A stretch of 64,000 bases of DNA from Basidiobolus meristosporus CBS 931.73 (lineage: Eukaryota > Fungi > Basidiobolomycota), in assembly GCA_002104905.1 (NCBI GenBank), contig MCFE01000020.1, positions 1 to 64,000 of the forward strand. Reading direction: 5' to 3'. Below, one piece after another: positions 1 to 11,499 of this stretch. Numbering within the stretch: the stretch's first letter is position 1; each line of letters begins with the position of its first letter. The notes beneath the pieces are model-generated. The model searched no databases and had not been told where the DNA came from. It saw only the letters and a list, made by a program, of their open reading frames with translations. The translations under genes and the position numbers were made by a program.

Positions 1-312
1 ATGGGATCTGGATTGAACTCTTCATTGGAAGTCTCCCGTTTCAGGACCTCGTAGGATTCGTTAAAACCGTTGACATGAAGAAAGTCAAGGATGGCGCGTT
101 GTCTTTAAAATAGAAAATCAAAAGGATGAGTGAGCTGATGACGCTATATTCTGGTCTGGATTCCGAAAGGAGAGGGGGCAGATGGGTCCAAGAGAAGATC
201 AGGGAGGTTGAGGGGAATTGGGCCTGCACTGAACTGAACGGCATAGAAGGAATATCAGGAAGGATACGTACAGCTCTTCTCGTTGACGACTCGACAATAA
301 GGAGGTCGACAT
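1..312 (-). CDS. nudF: 5' end of LIS1/NudF/Pac1 dynein regulator (LisH N-terminus); gene continues beyond window start
   Basis: Manual splice: ATG at 312, exon 272-312, intron 103-271 (GTACGT...TTTTAAAG), exon 1-102 gives MSTSLLSSRQREELQRAILDFLHVNGFNESYEVLKRETSNEEFNPDP, which matches the LIS1 N-terminus (human [28 protein letters not shown]). Absent from the ORF track. Confidence 0.85.
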
Positions 313-1100
313 ACTTTTACTACTTCTTCCGAAGGACTCGCTTTGTTAAACAAGGTCTTTCACTCGTAGCTCAAACGTCGAATAAGCAATTGCTTTGGCA
401 CTGCGATGGTTCCCAAAACTTAAGGGGGAATGGTGCAAGCTAGATGATACGGAATTTAGGGCCTGATCGGGATCCCCTAGATTGAACGAATTATGCGGAT
501 GTTTTTCTTGGGAACTCTGCTGATGTTGATGATGATGATGATAATGGCGAGTTATACGTGCAATGGCCATTGCCATAGCCCTGAGCTTGAACTCAAATGC
601 CAAGCACCCTGTCCGTAGTATCCAGTAGCCCTGCTATGCCATCAGCTTTCCACAACCTGGTGACGTTAGTGCGGGTGCAATCTAACCCTGGATGATACGA
701 ATTTGTTTACCTTCGGGGTCACGTGCGCTGGGTGGACTCAATGTTGACAACTGGTGCTCACTACCAATGAGAATCATCGGGGCATGGGAATAACATCGAT
801 CTTATATTTTATATAGGTAAACGAGACATTAAGGTGAGAGGTGGAGAGTAAGCAACGAACTTCTAAACTGACTGCAATATATGATGGGTTAGGCTACAAT
901 ATGATAGGGTAGGGATGGATAAATAGATAGCTTCTCTGTTTCCAAAATGGTTCGGGTCAGGTGAACAAAAGTCGCTCATTAAATTACAGTATGGAATGTA
1001 GCTGACGAGCGAGGTGTAATCCAGCAAAGTGCAGAGTGGTTGTACAGAAAATGGTGAAGAGAGGAAGAGTATGTAAACGAAAGTATTATGGAAGAAACGA

Positions 1101-4100
1101 TTAAAGATCTCCGACAAATGGATTCGTTAGCTGTGTTCTGGAGGAGGTTAGCTTCTCTTCGGCAGATGGGCTATCGGTTTCGGAATGGCTTTCGAGAGAA
1201 CCGCGCCGGAAGCCGAACATCCTTTGGATTTCTTGAATACGAACATGCTGCGAGTTGTCTGGCTCAGTTCTGGTTTGCTGTCCTAAGAGCTCTTCAAAGG
1301 AAGCGACCGACTCTCTATAAGAGATACGTGAGCTGCTTCGTGGAGATTGGGGCTGAATGTTGCTAGACACGGGCGACCTCATGTCTGGTGATTGAAATTC
1401 TCCCGAAAGATTAGAAAGGCTCCTTCGGATAAAGCTCTGGAAATACTTGCTAGCTTTACCGAGGCGTTTTTCAAACTCCTCATGGGCCTCTGGCTGGGCC
1501 TGCAATAGCTCATGTAACTCGCTCACACCTTGCTTGGTGTGCTTTCTATCGTAGATGAGCTCAAAGATTCTATCCAGCCTGCGGTTCATCTGGTCCGTAG
1601 CGGTCATCTCTTGATTTAGATTAGTTCCTTTAGCGTTATTCTCATCCCATTCGTCACCATCGGGGCAATTCTGCGATTCAGCAGCTCTTGAGTGACTCTC
1701 GTCCTCAGAGAGGATATCAGCCCTAGGCTTCAAAGCCCCTGAAGCAGCGAAGGTGGGAGGCATGGAAGGGCTGCTACTCACTCCATTAGCTTCGATGTTT
1801 GGAGATCCGGATGCCGAGGAGCTGCTTTTAGCTTTATCGAGGTACGAGCGCAGGTAAACCACCACGAGAGAAGACTCTGGACTGGGGATTAATGTAACGA
1901 AATTCAGCACGTCTGTCTGCAGGGCACCTGCAGCATGGAAAAGCACGGCCTTTGCAGTTTTCATGGGGTTATCTTGGGTGGTAAGTCCCTTGGCATGGGC
2001 CTTCTTTCTCCACTCGGTGGGGTTGACACGTGTCAGGAATTCATGAATCATCAGGAACAGGCGATTCAGATCGATAGTACGTTGCTCAATGTGAACCTTC
2101 AAGGATCTCGACGATTTCCAAATGCATTTCTGCACTACGTCGAAGAGCTTGTACTCATCGGACTGGGTAATGGGTGTGTCCAAATCCTTGGGCCGATCAA
2201 GAAAATCGTTTAGAGTTCTCTCGTAGAGATCAAAGAGCGCTTGATACAGAACGTTTTGGTCCGTGTGGTCAATGATCTTTGTTAGGAGAGTATTAAGGGT
2301 TTTGTCCATGGATGGAGAGTTCGAGGTTTGCTCTACTTTCTGCAAATCCTCCAACAGCAGAAGTTTGAGGACTTGTTGGATGGTGTTCTCCAGAACATCC
2401 ACTCTAAGATCGTAAGCAACATCTTTCTTCATAAACATCTTGGTGAATACCAGAAGCATATGCTTTATCTGCCTGCACCAAGGTTGAGAGTTCAGCTCCG
2501 GCTCTTCGAAGAGAATATGGATCTTTAGGGTCATTGCCGACACGATGTTGTTCAGGTTAGGCAGAAGAAGGGTATAGTCGTCGTTAAGAATATCTCCGAT
2601 GCTCTTCATCAACAAAACGATCTCTGAGGCATCGGCGGTGGTAATTTTAGATGCGAACATGTCTACCCTGTGTCTGTCCACCTTAGGCTGGACGGGGCCG
2701 AGCTGAGCCGTGGTAGGCGTAAAGGCATTCTCAAACAGAGGGGCACGAGAAACAGCCTGTGGCGATTGGTATTCATGGAACGCCGGGGTTTGCGGTAGAT
2801 CGGGTGTTCTTCTCTCGGGTGTCATCTCCTCTTTACCCAAGCCTCCTGGTCGAGGTAGGAAAGACATTGGCCTATGGGGCTTGGGCGATGATGAAGGTGA
2901 AATCGACAGTGACGAGGAGTTTGACAATGCGGACGAAGGTCTAGGGAACAAAGATGGCTTCGCCAAGGATGACGATGGGCGTGGGAGAGCAGGAGAAGGC
3001 TTGGGTAGAGTGGACATGGGACGTTGCAGACGAGCTGGCGATTTCTCGAATTGCGATTCGGAATGGCCAAGCGAAGTTCCTGCCCTTGGTATAGGTAGTT
3101 TAGACTGCGGGGTAGATGGACGGTCCTGGGGCTTGGGCAATCCAGAAGCAAAAGCGGTGGGCGGCTTACTCCTTTTCAGCTTCTCGTCGAGCATCGTCTT
3201 TTCCTTGTCGCTTAGCTTGCCGGTGTACTTGTATATGGTGTCACCAATCTGCAGGTAGGCTTGAACGATGGCACTCAATGCATTGTTACGGACCTGTGCA
3301 TCCCGATCTCCAATGTGAGAGGCAATCACAGGGAAGCTCTTGATGGGAATGACATTGATTCCATTACCCTTGATGAGATTGCTGAGCTCGTCAAGACATT
3401 CTGCTCGAGTACGAGCATTCTTGGACTTGAGGCCATGCTCCAGAATAAACATGACCACCTTGTTAGGGCTGTAGAGATGATAAATCTGCTTGAGAATCGA
3501 TCGCAATTGATTTCTGAGCGCCTCTTTCGGTTCACCAAGCTTGTTGATCAGCTGGGGTAGGAAGGCAGAGGCTTCATACTCGGAAAGGTGATACCCGTCC
3601 TCGTCAAGCAAGCTAATCAAATGCTCCAGGAAATCCAGCGTCTTCAGCGACAAGCTGGTGTTGGTGTCGTAAAAACGAAGCGTCGTATACTTCAACAACG
3701 TGTCGGAGTTGGCGATGTAGCGCTCCTTAAGATCCTCGAAGTCGAGACCAAACCTATCTTGGGCATAGTGTCTATTGGCAATGCAATCATCCAACGCAGT
3801 CAGACCTGAAAGCATGTCGCGATCCCGATTGTGTTCCATGCTAAACAATAGCTTGTGAATATCCGGGTTAAAGTGGGGTCTCATCTGGTCAGTTAGTAGA
3901 TCCACAAGGTCCTGCCTGACAGCGTCGAAGACCCATTTATTTTGGTTCCTATCTTTATCGGCGCGGGTACTTTTGGCTCGAGCGTCGGAGGTTAGGATTG
4001 GTGGCTCGCTGTCCATGCTAGGGGAGGGGGCTTTGAGCTGCGTCGGCGGCGGCATCATCGATTTTCTTTTGTTGAGGATGGCGCGCGGTTTTAGATTGGG

Positions 4101-7100
4101 TGCTGAGACGGGAGGCTCATCGCCCTTTGAGTTTCTGTTGGGTGATGGTGGAGGGATGACGGTTGCGCGTTTCTTTTCGATGATCGATGAAACCGACGTA
4201 GGTCCTTTCTTTATGTCCGAAGGACCAGAAACCGAGCGTTTCGAGTCCGATGAATTACTCGCGACCGAAGAAGGTCTTTTGAACTCCGCCTTTTTATCTG
4301 TAGGGCTGATCTTTCCCGGTCCACCTGCAGGCTTCGATGAGGCGGCTCCAGCAGGCTTCATGCCATCAATAATGGCAAGCACTGTTTGAAGGGAAGAGCC
4401 TTTAAGTGCGGTAGAACATTGATCTCTGACTGAAGAATAGCCCACATTTTTTATCAGGATAGTGAGAACAGATTGCGCGTGCTTGCGAACGTCGGCACTA
4501 CGATCCTGTAGACACTGAAAAATGGGACGCACCAACGATGAAAGATCAGAAAGCTCAACGCCTTCACTCTCAAGAGCGGTCAGCTTGTCGCTTAGCCAGT
4601 TAAGTAGATCCTTTCGCAAGACGGGGGAGTCTGGGACAAGAATAGTTCCGATAGCTGGGATCATAGGGGTCAAAGTGCACGATTCGTTGAATTTCTCTAG
4701 TGCGTTGATAGCAGCCGCGCGAACATGTGCCTTGTTGTCCGATAGACAGCCCAATACACTTGGAAGAACTATACGACAAGGCTTCTCAAACGGTTGACCC
4801 ATGGCAACCGCCATAGTAGAAAGAATCTCCAAGGTAAGAATTACTAAATTCTTATTGCTATCTCCCAGACGGCCTTTCAGTGCCCCGGGAAGATCGCCAA
4901 CAGTTGGTTTGATTCTCTTATTGGCCGCCTCTAAGATTTTTTGAATTTCGTCCAACCCTTCCTTTCGGACCTTCCAGTTACCATCCTCAAGTAGCTTGAG
5001 TAGTTTGCTGTTCATTTGAGAGCTGATGTCCACACGGGGAAAGAGGTCGTCAAGAAGATCGACGGACTTCGTAGCACCCCCTTTGCTGCTGGGTGCAGCA
5101 GCAACAGTTTCCAATAACGCAAGCCCTTTGACGGGCTCGGGTGGTGTTTGACCTGCTACCTTGGCAAACTCCGCGTCAATGGTCGACAGTTGTGTAGAGC
5201 TGAGTTCTTGGACAAACGAACGAATATCAGGTCCGACGTACATATGTAAGCAACCCAATACCGAAACCGAGTTATTTCTCACGGCAGCATTGGAACTTCC
5301 AAGGGCGGTCTTTAGGAATTCAATAAGCTCACGTACATCCAAACCAGCAATGCCAAACTCCAAAAGGGTTTCCTTAACCCAGATAAGAGAGTCGGCTAAA
5401 ACTTTGGGACTCTTGGCTTTCTTCCAGGATTCATAGCTGTGATGGAGAACAAATTGAAGAGAGTACTTCTCGCCGTAGGCACAGAAACATTCACCAGCGG
5501 GCTTCTTTAATTTGATGTCTCCAAGCTTCTCAGCCATACCTGCTACGGTCAAGACGGCACAACCCTTCGTAAAGGAGAGTGCTTTCTCGCAAAGTAGCTG
5601 GAAGATTCCATACATCTTGGTGGACACCTGGAAATTCACCTCTTTGAAGCCAGGTTTCTTTACCAGTTGCCGCACGATTAGTTCCGGTTCGGTACTCTCC
5701 AGGTTTTCCTCAAGGTGGGCATGCAAGGACTCCATGGCTGCTAGTCTGCTCTTCCAATTGCTAGACAAAAGCTCCTTAAGAATAGCGTCCGGTATTACAT
5801 CGGGTACATGAGCCTCAAAATCATCATTAGAATACTTGAATCTGATGGGCTCGTCTGGCTTAAGCTTGGACACGACAACTTTGACTGGGCCGGCTTTGGA
5901 AGTAGCTGCTGGTTTAGGTGCAGGCTTCGGGGGAGCTTTGGGCGCTGCCGAAGCGGCTGGCTCTTCAGCAGAAGCTGGCTTTTTGGCCAACCGTGCGGCC
6001 AACCTTGCTGGTGGCTTGGCCTTGGGAGCGACCGGAGCGCTTGTGAGCAAATCTTCATCAAGTCCGCCATTGTCAATTGATTTAATAGCTTCACTGGCTG
6101 TGGATGCAGGAGCGGGTGCGGGCTTTCGTGGTAGTGGTGCAGGCTTCTTTGCAGCTGGAGTAGGTTTCTTGGGCACAGCCTGCACAACCTTCACCTCAGC
6201 TTTCTCGAAATACTCTCGAACCTTAGCTTCTTTAATCTTGTCAAGCTTTTCAATGAAAGGAGATAGGACCTTTTCGCCCACTGCTTTCATCAAAGTACCC
6301 AACCCCTCTGCTGCAGCATCACGAACGTTGGTGTCGCCGTCATCGAGGCCTTTGAGAAAGAGCTCGCTAATCCATTTTACCTCGCCCTTACCTGGCGCTA
6401 CCTTGATGGTTTTCAAATTACGGGTAAGCCATCTGTGTGTCTCCGCCTTTACTTGAGGGTTCTTGTGTCCTGAAGCAGCTGTGACCTCTTCCACAAGGTC
6501 CGATAGCTCTACTGAACTGAAAACAGCATCGAGACAAGCACGTAGAGCATCCACAACGGTTTGCTTTTTCTCCTTGAGCTTTTCCAGAACTGGAGGGACT
6601 ACAGTACCTTTGTGAGGGCCGAAATTTTTTCGCAGACCAAGAGCAATGGCCTCAATACAGTTGGCAGCGACCGTCCCCACCATCACGTTAGCGTCGCCAA
6701 TGCGTTTTGCCAAAGCAGCGATTAGCTCGGAATAGTTGTCATCAGCCAATTTGGGGGCCTTGACGATGGTGAGCAACCCCTCAAGAGCTTCTTTTCGCTC
6801 CTTCCACTTAGTGGAGGCTAAATCAGTGAAAAATGATGGTGACAACTTCTTCAAGGCATCTACTGGATCAGCTAGATCATAAGGATCGATCTCATTGTCT
6901 TCACTTGGCATTGAGCTTCCATCTACTGCATTATCTTTGAGAGGGTATTGTTATTAGATGATTAGGATCGGCCACAAGGAGCACATCATTAGGCTTACCG
7001 CTTTCTATGGTAGACTCGTTAGCAGAGGCCTGAATGGCTTGGTGGGATCTTAGTAATCTCTCTGCCACCGGCTTCTCAGCAGGGAGCTTTTCAAACGCCT

Positions 7101-7928
7101 CGTTAAGCTCTTTGATCTATCAGCTGATTAGCAAGGTTCTCTTGATAGCTGTGTCGATAGTGTGGGTATTGCGCTTACCTGAACGGGCTTTAGATCTTGA
7201 AGTGCCGGGTTGAGGGCAGGGCCGAGCCATTTGTAGAGTTCGATTACTAGTTGGGTGCCTTCAGCTCTTACGTTTTTGTCCGCATGGCCAAAAATCTTTG
7301 CCAATATTTTGAGAATAGGCTTGACATTTACCACCTTCGCGCCGTACAATCGAACGATCTCCTTTAGGGCAAACACTGTAGCGGCCACTATTTTTGGTAC
7401 TTTACTATCCAACCCAGCCATTACACTCTCCACTACTGGGTCCGGAGCATCAATCTCAATATATAGTAGCAGCAGCTCCACTGCTTTAGCTTTCGTGCCT
7501 GCACGGGTACTTCCAAAACATTTTTCCACGATCCCTGGAACAACGCTTTCTCTGGTTCTATATGAGAATTGAAGCGTCACTATGTGGGCACCTTAAGAAG
7601 CCTCTACTATGGTGATCCTTACTTGGTAGGTGTAGGGGCGTTTTCAACGTAGGCAGTCACTGCAGTTAGACCAGCCTCTTGTGCGGCAACATTAGAGTCA
7701 GTGACGAGCTTTTTGAAGTGCTCACTGTATTTGTCAAACTCTGCCTCCTGATCTGTAGTTTTGTACAATTTCGTCAGCTCTTCATAAGCCTCCAAACGAG
7801 CTTTCCAGACCTATTGAGAGGCGGACGTTAGACATAGCGAACTGTATGAGGCATGCTGAGCAGAGCTACCTTACCTTATGGGTAATTTTTTCCTCAAGTG
7901 GTAAGCTAGAAAAGTCGTTATCGGCCAT
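1101..7928 (-). CDS. STU2: XMAP215/Dis1/Stu2/CKAP5 microtubule polymerase, multi-TOG (about 2200 aa)
   Basis: ATG at 7928 (MADNDFSSLPLEEKITHK|VWKARLEAYEEL), four small GT-AG introns, then a 5.8-kb exon containing ORF 1101..6911. TOG signatures WKERKEAL, WKSRLAAM, WKVRKEGL and RTRAECLDEL; ORF 7128..7580 is part of TOG1. Confidence 0.95.
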
Positions 7929-8927
7929 CTTTGATGTTTACAGATAACGAGGAGATTGCTAAAGGTGGGGTAGGTTGCTAATCTCAACAGTCTAAGGGGA
8001 ATTGTCAGGAATGGCAAGGAAAACTAGGTAAGAAACACCAAGAGTTGAGAAACCAATTGCGAAAGACAGCAGAATATGAGTGAAAAACCTGTAGTTGCGT
8101 AGTGAAACTTGTACAGTTCGGAAGGCAGGTATATGTATAATCCGAAGAGAAATTGGAATCTAAACAATTGTACTGTGGTCAGAAGAACCAGTTGCTGAAC
8201 GATAAGTAGTAGAAGTACGGACAAAAACAACAATAATATAGACAAAATATCCAGAAGTGTTAACTTGGGCTGGATTGTTGTTTAAGGAGTAAGGCGGATT
8301 GACCGCTAGAGTGTGTAGAGATCAACAAACCTATTGTGTATAATAAGGTATGAAAAAAATAGGGAAGTTCCCAATCGATCAGGCTTATAAACAACAACAA
8401 TTCGCAATGCCAATAATTTTAGGATTTTGCGTGCTGGTTGAAATATACGTGGACATCGATGTAAGTACACCCAGAATTGGACATAGTTCCGCATTTCCCA
8501 TGATTATTAACCCCCTTTCTTGATGAATATGCTGGATGCGCCCAACGATTGGTTAGCATGTGGTTGCTCATAAGGTAAGCTGTAGGTGTCCACCTTAACC
8601 AGCATCGTCAGACATCACTGCCGATTCAGCAGGATTTTCCCTCCACAGGTAGCCGTTACATGCAGCAGTGAGATTTGGACTACTGCTTTCAGTATGAATG
8701 AAATATAGGTAAATCGAGTTATGTATGTGTAAGAATTTATTATCTATTTGGAATAACATGAATGATTTATGAGACTGGATGTTGTGGGATATACTCTCTC
8801 TAGGATGATGGGTAATATTAAGAGAGGGTGCCATTAATATTATACAATGTGCATTCGATGCAGAAATACCATTGAACCAAGGATCACCGTGAATGCAAAT
8901 ATCGAACGATGCAGAGCAGATATGATT

Positions 8928-10268
8928 TTACAACAAGCCCCGTAGAGTACGGTACTTATTGTACTTAAGGATGGCGACGGTAACTGAGCATAGGAACATG
9001 CCTATCGCGACATACAGAATGGACCAATGATAGGTATAGTGTGGCGCAGTCATATCATACAGAGCGCCGGCAATGAAAGCCCCCAGACAGTCGCCAATAG
9101 CAGTGGAGGCATACAATGCACCAGCGACAGTAGCAAGGTTCTCGGTACCAAATAATAATGCCGTGACCACAGGGAATTGACTGGGGAAAGCACCGCCGAG
9201 AAAGCCGAACACTACCATGTAGATAATCAACGGTGCAACCGTAGTGGTGAACATCCACAGGAAAGAAAAAGCACCTGCCATAAAGAGGGAGATTCCAAGA
9301 ACATTCATACACCCGAGCTTATCGGCAATAAATCCGGTGCCAATACGGCCAGCAGCAGAAGCAGCATTTGCGCAAGCGACCAGCATAGCACCTTGATTGA
9401 CACTCAAACCAACGAACACTGCGTAAGATGGCATGTAGAAGAAGGGGACAAGGTAAGAGAAGCCGGTAAAAAGGCCAGTGCCAAAGAAGATCCAAAACCT
9501 GAGGGTTTTGAAAAAACTGTATCCTTGAGAATCCTTCTCGGTGTGTTTCTTGGGGAATATCCTTCTCTTCACAAGTAGTGAGGCAATGAGCAAGAAGAGA
9601 AGCGCGAACAAGGCCAACACCCGCAAAGCCCACCTGAACCCTAATTTGTCGATCAACACCTGGGTAATTGGACTGAGAATTAATCCACCGATTCCTGATC
9701 CTGCCACTGTCATACCGGTAGCAAGACCCCTCTTCTTGTTGAACCACTGGGGCGGAGCACTGATGGCTGGAGGGTAGCAGAGAGAGGCACCCATACCGTA
9801 GAGCACACCCTGAGTGAGGATGAGCTGCCATATTTGCGTACAAAAGGAGGCAATGATCAAACCGGCAACTAGAATGCAACAACCGATGGTTATGGTTGTT
9901 CTGTATCCAAAGCGATCAGCTAGGTTCCCCGTAATCAAGGTTGAGAAGGCCAAAACACCAGCGCCTATGGTGCCAATCAAGGATATAGTGGATGGACTGG
10001 AGCCTGCAAAGACTACATTTGTGTAATGTTCCTGAAAGATGCCAAATGTGGTTTGAATCCCGAATGCGACAACATGGATTAGGTGACCACCCAAAACCAC
10101 CAGCCAGCCACGACCGCCTTCCGGGTACGTTTCGTCTAATTCGACAACAGCCTTCTCATTATCTTGCGACTTCGTTACATCAGGTTCTACCACTAATGTA
10201 GAGGCAGATCTGCTATCGTTTGGATTTTGGAGGAACGTAAGGGAGTTCTGATTTTCGGATGAGTCCAT
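8928..10268 (-). CDS. MFS transporter, monocarboxylate porter (MCH/MCT) family
   Basis: Intronless ORF with about 12 hydrophobic segments and the motifs YPEGGRGWLVVLG, GNLADRFGYR, QWFNKKRGLATG and GFIADKLG. First ATG is at 10268; the track start at 10274 is GTG. Confidence 0.9.
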   Translation of the reverse strand: MDSSENQNSLTFLQNPNDSRSASTLVVEPDVTKSQDNEKAVVELDETYPEGGRGWLVVLGGHLIHVVAFGIQTTFGIFQEHYTNVVFAGSSPSTISLIGTIGAGVLAFSTLITGNLADRFGYRTTITIGCCILVAGLIIASFCTQIWQLILTQGVLYGMGASLCYPPAISAPPQWFNKKRGLATGMTVAGSGIGGLILSPITQVLIDKLGFRWALRVLALFALLFLLIASLLVKRRIFPKKHTEKDSQGYSFFKTLRFWIFFGTGLFTGFSYLVPFFYMPSYAVFVGLSVNQGAMLVACANAASAAGRIGTGFIADKLGCMNVLGISLFMAGAFSFLWMFTTTVAPLIIYMVVFGFLGGAFPSQFPVVTALLFGTENLATVAGALYASTAIGDCLGAFIAGALYDMTAPHYTYHWSILYVAIGMFLCSVTVAILKYNKYRTLRGLL

Positions 10269-10794
10269 ATACACTGATGCAAGTAAAAATAATAGGGTGC
10301 CGTTTTATTCTACAGACACATGGTACTTATATACTTTCGATATTCCTTCGAACTTCTACCTTATTTCGGTGAAGAAACTCTCCTTTTAGCTCGACAAGGT
10401 CTCCAGCGCAGTAACCATTTGAGTTAATGTTAATTTGGTGCTCTATTTAGAAATTACCAACTTGCTTGATTGATCGTTTTAGTCATTTCTATCATTCCGG
10501 TATTTCTATCCTGAATTCATTGGCCAATCATTGCTTCTTTTTCAGAGCTCATTTACCATTACAGGATGTAAACAACATACTAATTCGGAGTAATATGCCC
10601 CATTTTTTGGGCTGGCCAAATTGAGCAATATCTACTCAACAACCTAGCGTGTTGGTAGGTGGTGAAAGAGGGAGAGAGAGAGCAACGGAGAGAAGGTATC
10701 ATCCAAATAGTAGCTATTGAAATCCTCATATCGACTCCTGGGCGAATGATCCGAGTGCAGTATGTATCCTTCTCTCACTGATGGGCATCATGAG

Positions 10795-10852
10795 TGACTC
10801 ATATAACGAATGCGGAAACTATTCCATGACTTTTCCAGTGTTTTCTGACTCA
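10795..10852. promoter_or_regulatory. Two TGACTCA (Gcn4/CpcA/AP-1-type) sites upstream of the MFS transporter
   Basis: TGACTCA at 10795-10801 (inside ATGAGTGACTCAT) and at 10846-10852. Function is inferred only. Confidence 0.25.
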
Positions 10853-11499
10853 TGATTGGTTGATCCTTGGGCAAGATAACACAGAATCCGGGGTACGGTC
10901 CCTAATTCCATCGAACTTTCACACATCTAATAGGACTCCGATAAGCCATGTTACAGCAAATCTTTAGAAGATCTATCTAACTCAATTCTTCCGTATCTTC
11001 CTCACAACACATGAAATTCCTAAAATCTCTTGTGTTCCATCAGTGCAATCTTTGGGTTACTTTGACCTAGGTTCCAGCTGATCGACGTAATCTTTGCGAC
11101 CTTTTTGAGCTGTGTACAGACGATCTTGGGTCAGCTCGGTATCCTGTTGTGTGTCATCGTGAATAGGGAATCCTATATATGCCCGCTTGTCTAGATTGCG
11201 ACATTTCTCATGACCCATAATTTTCTCACACTCGAGGGCTTTTATTCTGGAGGCTCGTTTACCTTTTTTGAAATCATGGATGAAATTCGGTGATAGATGG
11301 CCTTATCATGTAGACAATCCAATTTGTGTGTTGGTAGTTCTGTGGAAATCAGTAGAAGAAAGTGCCAGTCCAAAAAATTTGATCGATCAAAGGGTAAGAT
11401 AGGTAACAATCATGATGAGACAGTCTATGTATGCGCATACATCGTGCTATGTGGCATATATATATAATTTTCAAATCTCATCATTTCTGGTAAGTCACC

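Noticed and set aside
258-271. GTATCCTT (U12-like donor) inside the LIS1 intron
   Set aside because: It sits 4 nt downstream of a normal GTACGT donor that gives the correct LIS1 frame, and there is no matching U12 branch site and acceptor in phase.
346-603. His-rich 85-aa ORF on the minus strand (HYHHHHQHQQ)
   Set aside because: It starts at TTG, lies in the leader/promoter of LIS1/NudF, and I recognise no homology. The His run is a short (GAT)n repeat.
11057-11218. 53-aa minus-strand ORF (MGHEKCRNLDKRAYIGFPIHDD...) between the MFS gene and MER3
   Set aside because: Short, no recognisable domain, and I could not splice it in frame to an upstream start.
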